A stretch of 44,675 nt of DNA from contig BLSG01000114.1 in NCBI GenBank assembly GCA_012862495.1, positions 97,750 through 142,424 of the forward strand, written 5' to 3'. This document shows positions 11,601-21,499 of this stretch, in pieces; the first letter of the stretch is position 1, and every line of letters starts with the position of its first letter. The stretch comes from Thraustochytrium aureum (Eukaryota). The notes below the pieces were generated by a model that was given only the letters and a program-made list of their open reading frames with translations, was not told the origin of the DNA and ran no database searches. The position numbers and the translations under genes were made by a program.

Positions 11601-12671
11601 CTACTTGATGGCGAGGTCAACGGCAGCCCTCGCAGCGGGCTCCTGTTCTGGCAGTTCTGCAGCCGCAACATCTTCCTCGTCTTTCCCCCTCTTGGCGGCG
11701 AGCGGAAGCATCTGCTCTTCGTCTTCCGGGCGCGGCTTCTGAGAGGCGCCTTTGGCCTGCTTTTCCTGGTATCGCAAGTGCATGTACCACACCGCGCCCA
11801 GCGTGTTGAACGCGACGCCGCCGAGAAGCATCAGAGTCAAAGGCTGCCCTCCAAAAGTGAAAAACCCAAGTGCCGTGCTGAAGACCGCCTTAACGATTCC
11901 AACCACAGTGGTGCTGAGCGCCGAGTTGGCCGTCGTGCACAGGAAGAGGCTGTAGTTGAGCAGCACGCCGAGGACGAGGATCACGCTCAAGTGGGACCAG
12001 AGGTTGAGCGAGCCGATCTCTGGGTGTTGTGCGGCGCGCAAAAAGTCGTTCGTGACTAGGTTTTGCGCAAAGAGGATGCCGATGCAGTTGACGCTGTTGG
12101 CGTACATCATTGTCAACACGTCGTGCTTGATGCCCGACTTTTGAATGTACAGGAGATACAGGCACTGCGAGAAGACGGAGCCAAGCCCACACGCATAAGC
12201 GAACCCGTCAAACCGCAAGTCGCCCATGCCGGTGATCACAGTCCCGACAAGCATGACGCCGATCGAGGCGTGGATCCACGGCGACTCGCGCTTGCCGAGG
12301 ACGACTCGAGCCGTCAACACTGTCGCGGCGGGGGTCAGTCGCTTGATGACTTGGTACACAGGGATGGACACGGAGCTCAGGGAGGCCAGCGCAAGTCCCA
12401 CGTTGACGCAATACATAACCGAGGGCACGACCAGCTCTCGGCAGAGCGAAATCGTGAGGTCCTCAAACTTGACCCACCCCAGCGCGCGCAGTGCGCGCAG
12501 GCTCGCCACCGTGAACACGAACTGCACAAACAAAATCGTGCGGACCGAGTCAAACGTCGTATGCGCAAACACGGCCTTGTTTCCAAAGTTCATCAAGAAC
12601 GACACCACGCCGTACAGGAGCGCCGCCCCAACTTGGGCGTCCAGCACGCCCCTCAGCTTTTCCACGGCCAT
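11601..12671 (-). CDS. Nucleotide-sugar transporter, SLC35D-like (TPT/DMT superfamily)
   Basis: ATG 12671, 356 aa, multiple hydrophobic helices. Motifs ALLYGVVSFLMNFGNKAV, SIPVYQVIKRLTP, GDLRFDGFAY and LNYSLFLCTTANSALSTTVVGIVK are typical of SLC35D1/D2. Confidence 0.88.
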   Translation of the reverse strand: MAVEKLRGVLDAQVGAALLYGVVSFLMNFGNKAVFAHTTFDSVRTILFVQFVFTVASLRALRALGWVKFEDLTISLCRELVVPSVMYCVNVGLALASLSSVSIPVYQVIKRLTPAATVLTARVVLGKRESPWIHASIGVMLVGTVITGMGDLRFDGFAYACGLGSVFSQCLYLLYIQKSGIKHDVLTMMYANSVNCIGILFAQNLVTNDFLRAAQHPEIGSLNLWSHLSVILVLGVLLNYSLFLCTTANSALSTTVVGIVKAVFSTALGFFTFGGQPLTLMLLGGVAFNTLGAVWYMHLRYQEKQAKGASQKPRPEDEEQMLPLAAKRGKDEEDVAAAELPEQEPAARAAVDLAIK

Positions 12672-13598
12672 CGCGCTCCGCCGCCGACTCACTCGAGAGA
12701 TCCGTCGCTNNNNNNNNNNNNNNNNNNNNNNNNNNNNNNNNNNNNNNNNNNNNNNNNNNNNNNNNNNNNNNNNNNNNNNNNNNNNNNNNNNNNNNNNNNN
12801 NNNNNNNNNNNNNNNNNNNNNNNNNNNNNNNNNNNNNNNNNNNNNNNNNNNNNNNNNNNNNNNNNNNNNNNNNNNNNNNNNNNNNNNNNNNNNNNNNNNN
12901 NNNNNNNNNNNNNNNNNNNNNNNNNNNNNNNNNNNNNNNNNNNNNNNNNNNNNNNNNNNNNNNNNNNNNNNNNNNNNNNNNNNNNNNNNNNNNNNNNNNN
13001 NNNNNNNNNNNNNNNNNNNNNNNNNNNNNNNNNNNNNNNNNNNNNNNNNNNNNNNNNNNNNNNNNNNNNNNNNNNNNNNNNNNNNNNNNNNNNNNNNNNN
13101 NNNNNNNNNNNNNNNNNNNNNNNNNNNNNNNNNNNNNNNNNNNNNNNNNNNNNNNNNNNNNNNNNNNNNNNNNNNNNNNNNNNNNNNNNNNNNNNNNNNN
13201 NNNNNNNNNNNNNNNNNNNNNNNNNNNNNNNNNNNNNNNNNNNNNNNNNNNNNNNNNNNNNNNNNNNNNNNNNNNNNNNNNNNNNNNNNNNNNNNNNNNN
13301 NNNNNNNNNNNNNNNNNNNNNNNNNNNNNNNNNNNNNNNNNNNNNNNNNNNNNNNNNNNNNNNNNNNNNNNNNNNNNNNNNNNNNNNNNNNNNNNNNNNN
13401 NNNNNNNNNNNNNNNNNNNNNNNNNNNNNNNNNNNNNNNNNNNNNNNNNNNNNNNNNNNNNNNNNNNNNNNNNNNNNNNNNNNNNNNNNNNNNNNNNNNN
13501 NNNNNNNNNNNNNNNNNNNNNNNNNNNNNNNNNNNNNNNNNNNNNNNNNNNNNNNNNNNNNNNNNNNNNNNNNNNNNNNNNNNNNNNNNNNNNNNNNN

Positions 13599-14040
13599 CG
13601 GCGATCCCGCATTCTCCGGACACGGTCTGCCAGATCGCCCAACCAATCGCGTCCGTCTGCGTGTCGATCTCCTCTACGGCGTGCGATACGGAGAGCGAGT
13701 CGTTGACAAAAATGGTGCAAGACTCGGCTGAGAGCGGCCCGTCGAATGTTGCCTCGGCGACTCCGGTGCAATCCCACGAGTTGGGGAACGTCGCGAGGTA
13801 GTCGTTGTTGGCCCCGATCGTCCGCATCGACTTGTTCTGCGTGATGAAGCAGTCCCCGTCTGCTGGAACCAGCTCAAGAGAGTCCCGGTCGCTGTTTGAG
13901 GCATCGAGACCGGGCGTTCCAGTGCACCCTGTCTGGCTGTTGTACCAAAACGAGCCGCGCATAGGCCTGCCGTACACGTGCGTGCTTGCCACAAGCAGGC
14001 CAGCCACGAGTGCGTTAACGGCATGGCCGTGAGCCCGCAT
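13599..14040 (-). CDS. Putative secreted or surface Cys-containing protein (3' end in gap)
   Basis: Signal-peptide-like start MRAHGHAVNALVAGLLVASTHVYG. Repeated NSx(2-3)CTG motif (YNSQTGCTG, FPNSWDCTG) and N-glycosylation sequons NKS and NDS. Confidence 0.6.
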
Positions 14041-15101
14041 CTTCTGCCTGGCTTCTGCTCCCTTGGAGGTTGGTGCAAGCTGTCAGGGTTTTGCTGCACG
14101 TCGCGCGCGATTCTGTTTTGCGTGCCAGCGGGTTCGTCGAGATGATTCGAGTCTGGTTGACGAGGTAATCAAAAGCTGCAGCGCACGAGGGGACGTCGAG
14201 CTCCGCACGGTTCGTGCACTCTGCCACTATTTACGGCTTTTTGGAGTAGCGATCTGTCCTGCGCCGCCGTATGGCCGCCTGCCTCTCGAAAAGCTGCGAT
14301 CGGCGTCCCTCTTGCAAGAAACGAATCCTTTTCTCATGAGGAGTTCCAAGCGGTCGAAGGCCGATTCCAAAGAAGGAGTCTGGTCGCCGCCTTGGTCTTG
14401 CTTGGGCCTCGGAGGCAAGCAAGGTGGCTCATGCGCTTTTCCTTCCCTCGCTGGTGAGACGCGAGATCGATCGAGAAAACCCAAGCTATTTTGGAGCCTC
14501 CAAGATCTCGGCCTCGAGCACTGCCTTGTCCGCCGTCCAAACGAGCTCCTTTTGGAAGCAGAGTATGTATACCTACTCCACGGCGTACTAACCTACCGGT
14601 ACCGCAACGGGCCATCACCGAGATCCAGCGCGCTGGGCACCCGCGCACTCGACTCCAAATTCAGCCAACTCCAATGTACAGGGTGTGCACTTGCGCATGA
14701 TTCTTCAAAAGAACAAAGAGCAGCTCGGCGGGGAGAAACTCGAGTCTTCGAAACGAGTGCACAAACGACCTCGCTCTCGAGGCCACGCGTGCGCTGGGGC
14801 GGAAGGGCGCGCCAGTGCGTGGCGCTGGAGGCTGCGTAGAAGAGGCGTGCCTTCGATACCCTGGCCGGAGGGCCGGCCGCCCTCGACTTCGCGCTTAGCT
14901 TGGCGTTCATTTCGCTGCGCTCCAGCTGCGCTCCAGCTGCGCTCCAGCTGCGCCGAGCTGGAGCTCGCTGCGGTCTCCAGAACTCTCTCTAGAGACGGCA
15001 ACCTCTCGAGAGCAACTACCTAGCTAGAGCCTGCGGGCGGCCGGGTATCGAGCGGGACCCGACTGCGTGGCGAGCGCTGCAAGTGGCCAGCCGATCCGAG
15101 G

Positions 15102-15994
15102 ATGGACTGGGCTCGAAAGAGGTCGTTCGTGCAGAGCGTTGACAGAGCCGTGCGCAATTTTGGGCTCGAACCCCTCAACGGCGGGGAGCACGGCGCCAAG
15201 CCGCTCGGCCAAGGCGATGACGGCATGGGCTGGCTAGGACCTGCGCTCTATGGAGTGGACGCGGCGGCCTTCGAGGCAAAACACGGAATCAGGTGGGACC
15301 CCGACGAGGCGCTCTTCGCCAGAATAGCGCTTGTAAACCTCGCCGGGCCAGCATGGATATTGTACGCCCAGCGCGTCGGAGACGCAGCGAGCGTTGGGGG
15401 GAGAGCGACGAGGGCGATCTCACAGAAGGCGAAACTGTTCACACACTGAAACTGCACGAGCCGCCGGCAGTCAACGTCGCCTGGGAGACACGGCTCGAGT
15501 CTCTGGTGTCGTACCACATCTTCAAGGAGGACCTCGACCCGCTCTCGCGCACGCAGGCCAACCTGCACAACATGTCGAACAACGTTTTCTCCAAAGTGGT
15601 AGAGTTCCTCGACTCGCGATCCACAGCGCAAGTCCTCTGCACCTGCCGCCGGGTCCGCGACTGGAAGGATTACCTCCCGCTCTGGGGCGCGGCCGCCGCG
15701 CGCCAGTCCGACGGGGCTTTGTAAATACCAAAAGCAAGTCTGGCTCTGTTCGGGCGCAACTCACTCGTCCTTCCCGCCAACGCGGGGCCGCACAAGCGCA
15801 TCCCCGCGAGCAAAGCGACGGCGCGGCAGCGCTGCCTTCTTCGCGCCCGGCTTGCTGTCCGTCGTCTGCAGGAAGTGCGGCCTTGCGCGCCAGAACGAAG
15901 CCTTGGTCTCGCCCGCGTTCCTCCAGATTCCCTCCGGCAAAGTCGCGGAGATCTCCAAACCGCCTGAGCACGCAGCCAGCGCGCGTGTAGTCTT
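15102..15994 (+). CDS. Putative F-box protein with frameshifts near 15400 and 15715 (3' end probably in gap)
   Basis: ORF 15102..15449 joins ORF 15293..15724 if the G6 run at 15396-15401 is G7. The second ORF holds the F-box-like LHNMSNNVFSKVVEFLDSRSTAQVLCTCRRVRDW...LW. The frame after 15715 is uncertain. Confidence 0.5.
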
Positions 15995-16383
15995 NNNNNN
16001 NNNNNNNNNNNNNNNNNNNNNNNNNNNNNNNNNNNNNNNNNNNNNNNNNNNNNNNNNNNNNNNNNNNNNNNNNNNNNNNNNNNNNNNNNNNNNNNNNNNN
16101 NNNNNNNNNNNNNNNNNNNNNNNNNNNNNNNNNNNNNNNNNNNNNNNNNNNNNNNNNNNNNNNNNNNNNNNNNNNNNNNNNNNNNNNNNNNNNNNNNNNN
16201 NNNNNNNNNNNNNNNNNNNNNNNNNNNNNNNNNNNNNNNNNNNNNNNNNNNNNNNNNNNNNNNNNNNNNNNNNNNNNNNNNNNNNNNNNNNNNNNNNNNN
16301 NNNNNNNNNNNNNNNNNNNNNNNNNNNNNNNNNNNNNNNNNNNNNNNNNNNNNNNNNNNNNNNNNNNNNNNNNNNNNNNNNNC

Positions 16384-17400
16384 TGCTCGACTGTCGGGAG
16401 CTTCGGATTCGGCGCGGGCTGGGACAACAAGGTGAGCGAGTTTTTGGCGCTCGTGCCGCTTGCAGAGGTCCTCGGGGAGCTCGAGGCCGCCAGCCTGGCG
16501 GGCGACCTCGGCAAGGTCGACCTTTTGAGCGACGTGCTGCGGCACGTCTTCCAGTCGGACAGCGGCTCGCGGCAAGTCGCCGGCGAAGAGTATGTGCCCT
16601 CGCTGGTGAAGGGCTTGGGCCACTTCTCGAGCAAGGTGCGCCGCCTGACGGCTAGACAGCTCAAGCGCGTCGGCCTCGCCGCGTTCCAGCCCAAGGCGCA
16701 GCAAGAGCTCGCTCTTGGCCTGTCAAACTCGCTCTTTGACGAGGATACAGCTGTTGGAACTGACGCCAGCCAGGCCCTCGTCGACCTCGCAAGATCGAGC
16801 AAAGAGGCGCTCACATTGGTGTTGCGTGAGCTGCACCACGCCCAAGGCCGCAAGCCAAACCTCCCCGAGCTGGCCGATCCGTCCGTCGGCCAGCTTCGCC
16901 ACCTCACCGTCGTTGTGCGGATCTGCGCGCGAGACGCCGACGCGCTGCGAGAGTCGCAGTCGCTCGGTCTAGTGCAGCCGCTGCTCGACATCATCTCGGG
17001 CGACGACGTGCTGCAGCAATTGAATGCGCTCAGCCTGGTCCCTCTGCTCGCAACCACGGACGACGGCGTCGCGGTGCTCGTCCAAGAAAACATCGTGGAA
17101 AGACTCGCCAAGCTAGCTGGCCTTGGCGAGAGCGCCGCGCCCGACGCGCTGCTCGGCGACGACTCGCTGCGCGTCATGTCGCAACTCTCGGCGCGCATGC
17201 TCAAGCGCGGGGACAGGGACAACGCCAAAGAGATCGGCAACATGTTCGTCAGCGCGATGCGGAGCCGCCTCGCGACGCGTCTGTCACCGGAGGTTGCCGC
17301 CGCCACGCTGGAGATGATTGGCAGGTTTGCCGGCGAGCAGCCCCCTCAGAGCCTGGCGATTCTGCTGGAGGAGAACGCAGGGGGCGAGCCCATGCTGACC
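16384..17400 (+). CDS. PSMD5: 26S proteasome base assembly chaperone S5b/PSMD5-like ARM-repeat protein (both ends in gaps)
   Basis: Helical ARM-like ORF. DDVLQQLNALSLVPLLATTDDGVAVLVQENIVERL resembles the PSMD5 segment DDVLV...G.QYLAQEGVI. Confidence 0.6.
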
Positions 17401-17861
17401 NNNNNNNNNNNNNNNNNNNNNNNNNNNNNNNNNNNNNNNNNNNNNNNNNNNNNNNNNNNNNNNNNNNNNNNNNNNNNNNNNNNNNNNNNNNNNNNNNNNN
17501 NNNNNNNNNNNNNNNNNNNNNNNNNNNNNNNNNNNNNNNNNNNNNNNNNNNNNNNNNNNNNNNNNNNNNNNNNNNNNNNNNNNNNNNNNNNNNNNNNNNN
17601 NNNNNNNNNNNNNNNNNNNNNNNNNNNNNNNNNNNNNNNNNNNNNNNNNNNNNNNNNNNNNNNNNNNNNNNNNNNNNNNNNNNNNNNNNNNNNNNNNNNN
17701 NNNNNNNNNNNNNNNNNNNNNNNNNNNNNNNNNNNNNNNNNNNNNNNNNNNNNNNNNNNNNNNNNNNNNNNNNNNNNNNNNNNNNNNNNNNNNNNNNNNN
17801 NNNNNNNNNNNNNNCGCTGCTGCTTGCTGGGGGTTAAGGAGGGCGCGGCGCCGTGGCGAGG

Positions 17862-20800
17862 ATGGCGGAGAGGCCGACGAGCCCCGGCAAGTCGCCCAGG
17901 ACGGAGGAGGGGAGCAGGCTTGGGACGAGCGCCACCTCGAGTGACTCGGGCTGCTTCCCGGCCTCCTCGCCGGTGAACAGCAAAGGCGGCGCGGGGAAAG
18001 CCGGCCTGATGCCCTTTGGGACGGCGCTCGACGCCGAGATGGCCCACGCCCAGGGCGAGCTGGCGGCCGAGTACGTTAGGTTCGGCGACTCTATCAAGTT
18101 GTTCGCCACCTCGCAATACCTCAAGAACGAAGCGGGCGGCGCGCCCTTGGTCGGCAGTCGGATCGGTGGATACATTGGAGTGTACGAAAAGCTCGATGGC
18201 ACCGCACGACTGTGCGTTCCCCCGATCGGAACCGCCGCGGAAGGCACCTTCAAGGAGTCTGTGCTGCGCATCCAGGACCCGCGCGAAGAGATCGCCGACG
18301 GAACTGAGGTTCGCTATGGCGACAGCGTTGTCCTCGTGGACGAGAACGGGCTCGTGTGGAACAACAAGGGCGGGACTGGAACGTTTGCCACGTTTTTCGA
18401 GGGCTACTTGGCCCCAAAGCCGCGCGGCATGAACGGGGAGCTGTACGTCTCGTTCCAGAAGAACGGGCACGACCGGCGGCCGCTGATTTACGGCGAGAAT
18501 GCGGTCTACATCGACGTCGAGCAGTCGCACCGCACCCGCAGCTCGTACAACTACCGCCTGACCAACTACCGGTCAAGCAACAGCCGCGTCCAGGGCGGCT
18601 ACATCTGCAGCGACGGGACCGGGTTCGACCTGCCCTTTTCTGTCCACCGCCACACTGGGCCCCCGGTCCAGGCCTACGCCACCCCCGCTGTGGAGCGCAA
18701 CGCCGCACTCACCAAGNNNNNNNNNNNNNNNNNNNNNNNNNNNNNNNNNNNNNNNNNNNNNNNNNNNNNNNNNNNNNNNNNNNNNNNNNNNNNNNNNNNN
18801 NNNNNNNNNNNNNNNNNNNNNNNNNNNNNNNNNNNNNNNNNNNNNNNNNNNNNNNNNNNNNNNNNNNNNNNNNNNNNNNNNNNNNNNNNNNNNNNNNNNN
18901 NNNNNNNNNNNNNNNNNNNNNNNNNNNNNNNNNNNNNNNNNNNNNNNNNNNNNNNNNNNGCCTACGCCACCCCCGCTGTGGAGCGCAACGCCGCACTCAC
19001 CAAGCGCCCCTCACTCTCCCAGCGATCAAACTCGATGAGGGGTGGCTCACTTGGCACCCTGTTCGTCCCGCCAAAGATCAAGTTTGTTGCAGTGCGGCGC
19101 AAGGCCGCTGCGCAGGGCGACCTGGACGTCCTGGACATCATGATCCGCGAGCCGCTCTACGGCAAGCCCATCAAAATGTACATGGTGTCCCCGGATGACG
19201 ACATCGTCGTCGAGCTCGAGCAGGGGAACGGCTCCGCCACGATCTGCGCCAACCACCTCTTTCGCGCCGCAGAGAGCGCCGCAGCGTCTTCGCACACTTC
19301 CAGCGGTCCGTTGCAGCTTGACATTGCGATCCAAGTCCCCACACCGATGCCAGAGTCGCCTGCGCGCCACAGGCGAGTGCTCGAGCAGGCGGGGGCGCGC
19401 AAGATCACCCTGTCCGCGCTCGAGCTCTTGGTGGAGCAGGACCTCGCCGTCCTCAAGCGCGCCTTCCAGGACGACGAGGGGATGGGCGACCTGTTCGGCC
19501 CCGGGGAGCGCGGCGCCGGCGCGTCCTTTGTTAAGGCGCCGCAGCTGGGCAAGCTCGACCTGCTCATTTCCTGCCACAAGCTGGCCATGGTGTACTTTTT
19601 CTGCTCGGCCGTCGTTCCCTACATCTTTTGGCAAACCCTCCTAGTTGTTGGGGACCTCATCGAACCGATCCACCAGCTCTCGCGCTCAAACAAGAGCTTG
19701 GCCCTCATCGAGCGGCTCGCCACCACCCTTGTCGAGGACTTTGGCATACCCGTCGTCGACGGGCGAGCCCTGATCGAGGACCGCCACCGCACCATGGAAA
19801 CGACGACCGTGTTCAGCTCGTTGGTGGCTTTCTTCGTCGCCTACGCCATCGGCCTCGTGACACCCGATTTCGCGCGTGAGGGCTCTCTCGCGCGGCGCGG
19901 CTTGCACCAGGACAGTTTTGGCGGCAGTGGCGGCGGTCGAGCGAACGAAGACGCGGATGCGGAGGCCGCCAACTGGCTCATCTCGTTCCAGGTGCCCGAG
20001 GGCGCTTGGGACCACATTCCCGAGACGGCCTCGGTGAGCTCGCATCACGGCTTGAGCAACTCTGGCGTCAGCTCGCGGACGCAGTGGGCCGACGAGGACG
20101 ACGAGGCAAGCGGCACCGACAACGACCGCGCGCACACGGACGAGGAGGCAGAAAGCGGCCCAGGCACAGTGAACGGGGCCTCCCTCGGCGGTGTCTGGGG
20201 CGAGGCAGGTGTGGACGAAAACGGCGTTCCCAGGCACCCGGCCTTCAAGCGTTTCCTCGCCGGCGAGAAGGGCAACTTGGCGGCCGCGAAATCGCGGTGG
20301 GTTCGCACGTGCGAATGGCGGCTCGAGGGCCAGATCGACGAGATCACCCAGCAGCCCCACCCATTCTTTCACGTCATCAAGAAAAACATGCCCAACTACT
20401 ACTATGGGCGCGGGCGCCAGGGGTTTCCGGTCTACATCGACTGCCCAGGCGGCGTCAAGCTCAAGGCGCTCCGGAAGGCGGGAGTGCGTCTCTCGGACCT
20501 CCTCTTTCACTTTACGTACGCCACCGAGTTTCAGTGGAATGTTTTGGAGCCTTCTGAGGACGCGCGCACCATCAGCATCTTGGACCTCGAGGGCATCGGC
20601 CTCTGGGACTTTGCCGGGGACGTGATCGACTTTGTCAAGAAGACCATCGCCCTCAGTGGGGAGCACTACCCCGAGCGAGCATACCGGATTTACATCATCA
20701 ACGCGCCGCGCTTCTTCACGGGGATCTGGAGCATGATCAAACCGATGCTCGACGAGTCAACGAAGAAGAAAATCGGGCTCTTCCGCACGGCCTACAAGGA

Positions 20801-21080
20801 CGCGCTTCTCGAGGAGATTGACGAGTCTGTTCTTCCTGTCAAGTACGGCGGCAAGTGCGCCGTTCCGCTCGACCAGTCGGAGGAAGAGCGCCTGCTCGAG
20901 TCGCACGTCTGCCGGGTTCTAATTGCCAAAAACGTCGCCATGATTGGCGACGACGGCAACCCCGTGCCTGGCTCTCCGGCCAACCTGGCCAGCCTCGTGG
21001 ACGACTCGCTTGTCGGCGGCGTCTCCAAGCTCAAGCCAGCCGCGCTTGCAGCAGTTGGGGCGGCGCCTGCGGCAAAGTAG
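17862..21080 (+). CDS. Multidomain CRAL-TRIO (Sec14-like) lipid-binding protein with two TM segments
   Basis: C-terminal GRGRQGFPVYID...ISILDLEGIG...EHYPERAYRIYIINAPRFFTGIWSMIKPMLDESTKKKI...LPVKYGG is CRAL-TRIO, preceded by a CRAL-TRIO_N-like RFLAGEKGNLAAAKSRW. Hydrophobic segments lie near 19580-19650 and 19800-19860. Confidence 0.88.
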   Translation: MAERPTSPGKSPRTEEGSRLGTSATSSDSGCFPASSPVNSKGGAGKAGLMPFGTALDAEMAHAQGELAAEYVRFGDSIKLFATSQYLKNEAGGAPLVGSRIGGYIGVYEKLDGTARLCVPPIGTAAEGTFKESVLRIQDPREEIADGTEVRYGDSVVLVDENGLVWNNKGGTGTFATFFEGYLAPKPRGMNGELYVSFQKNGHDRRPLIYGENAVYIDVEQSHRTRSSYNYRLTNYRSSNSRVQGGYICSDGTGFDLPFSVHRHTGPPVQAYATPAVERNAALTKXXXXXXXXXXXXXXXXXXXXXXXXXXXXXXXXXXXXXXXXXXXXXXXXXXXXXXXXXXXXXXXXXXXXXXXXXXXXXXXXXAYATPAVERNAALTKRPSLSQRSNSMRGGSLGTLFVPPKIKFVAVRRKAAAQGDLDVLDIMIREPLYGKPIKMYMVSPDDDIVVELEQGNGSATICANHLFRAAESAAASSHTSSGPLQLDIAIQVPTPMPESPARHRRVLEQAGARKITLSALELLVEQDLAVLKRAFQDDEGMGDLFGPGERGAGASFVKAPQLGKLDLLISCHKLAMVYFFCSAVVPYIFWQTLLVVGDLIEPIHQLSRSNKSLALIERLATTLVEDFGIPVVDGRALIEDRHRTMETTTVFSSLVAFFVAYAIGLVTPDFAREGSLARRGLHQDSFGGSGGGRANEDADAEAANWLISFQVPEGAWDHIPETASVSSHHGLSNSGVSSRTQWADEDDEASGTDNDRAHTDEEAESGPGTVNGASLGGVWGEAGVDENGVPRHPAFKRFLAGEKGNLAAAKSRWVRTCEWRLEGQIDEITQQPHPFFHVIKKNMPNYYYGRGRQGFPVYIDCPGGVKLKALRKAGVRLSDLLFHFTYATEFQWNVLEPSEDARTISILDLEGIGLWDFAGDVIDFVKKTIALSGEHYPERAYRIYIINAPRFFTGIWSMIKPMLDESTKKKIGLFRTAYKDALLEEIDESVLPVKYGGKCAVPLDQSEEERLLESHVCRVLIAKNVAMIGDDGNPVPGSPANLASLVDDSLVGGVSKLKPAALAAVGAAPAAK

Positions 21081-21499
21081 ACCCTGCTGTCCCACTGCCC
21101 GGTGCTCTGCATTTCGTGTCGCGTTGATGGTCCGGTTCGTGCCTGCCACCCTTCCAATGGCGCGAACCCTGGGGAAACCGACGGCCTGGCGCCGCCCGCT
21201 CTGCGCTCGTCGCCTCCGAGCGAGTACAATAGGGTAGAGTAGTTTGCTGCGTCTTGTCACCACTCCACATTTCCCCCACCGTTTCGTTCCTTTGTAGGTA
21301 CGCGCAGCAGTTGCATCTGCGAGCTGCATCTCGCGCGCGCTCTGGGGGGACAGCGCGGGGGAGTCGTTGGGTCTTCTTGCTCTGATTTTGGTTTTTTATG
21401 CAGCAGCTAGCTAGCTCCACTGCTCTGTCTCGTTCCGCTCTAGAGAGCTCAGCAAATCGCCAAGCGCTCGGTGCGCGTCGCGGCCTCCCCAGCCCCCTC

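Noticed and set aside
14063..14839. 258-aa plus-strand ORF
   Set aside because: Non-ATG start, atypical codon usage, no recognisable motif, and it begins right at the promoter of the divergent secreted-protein gene.
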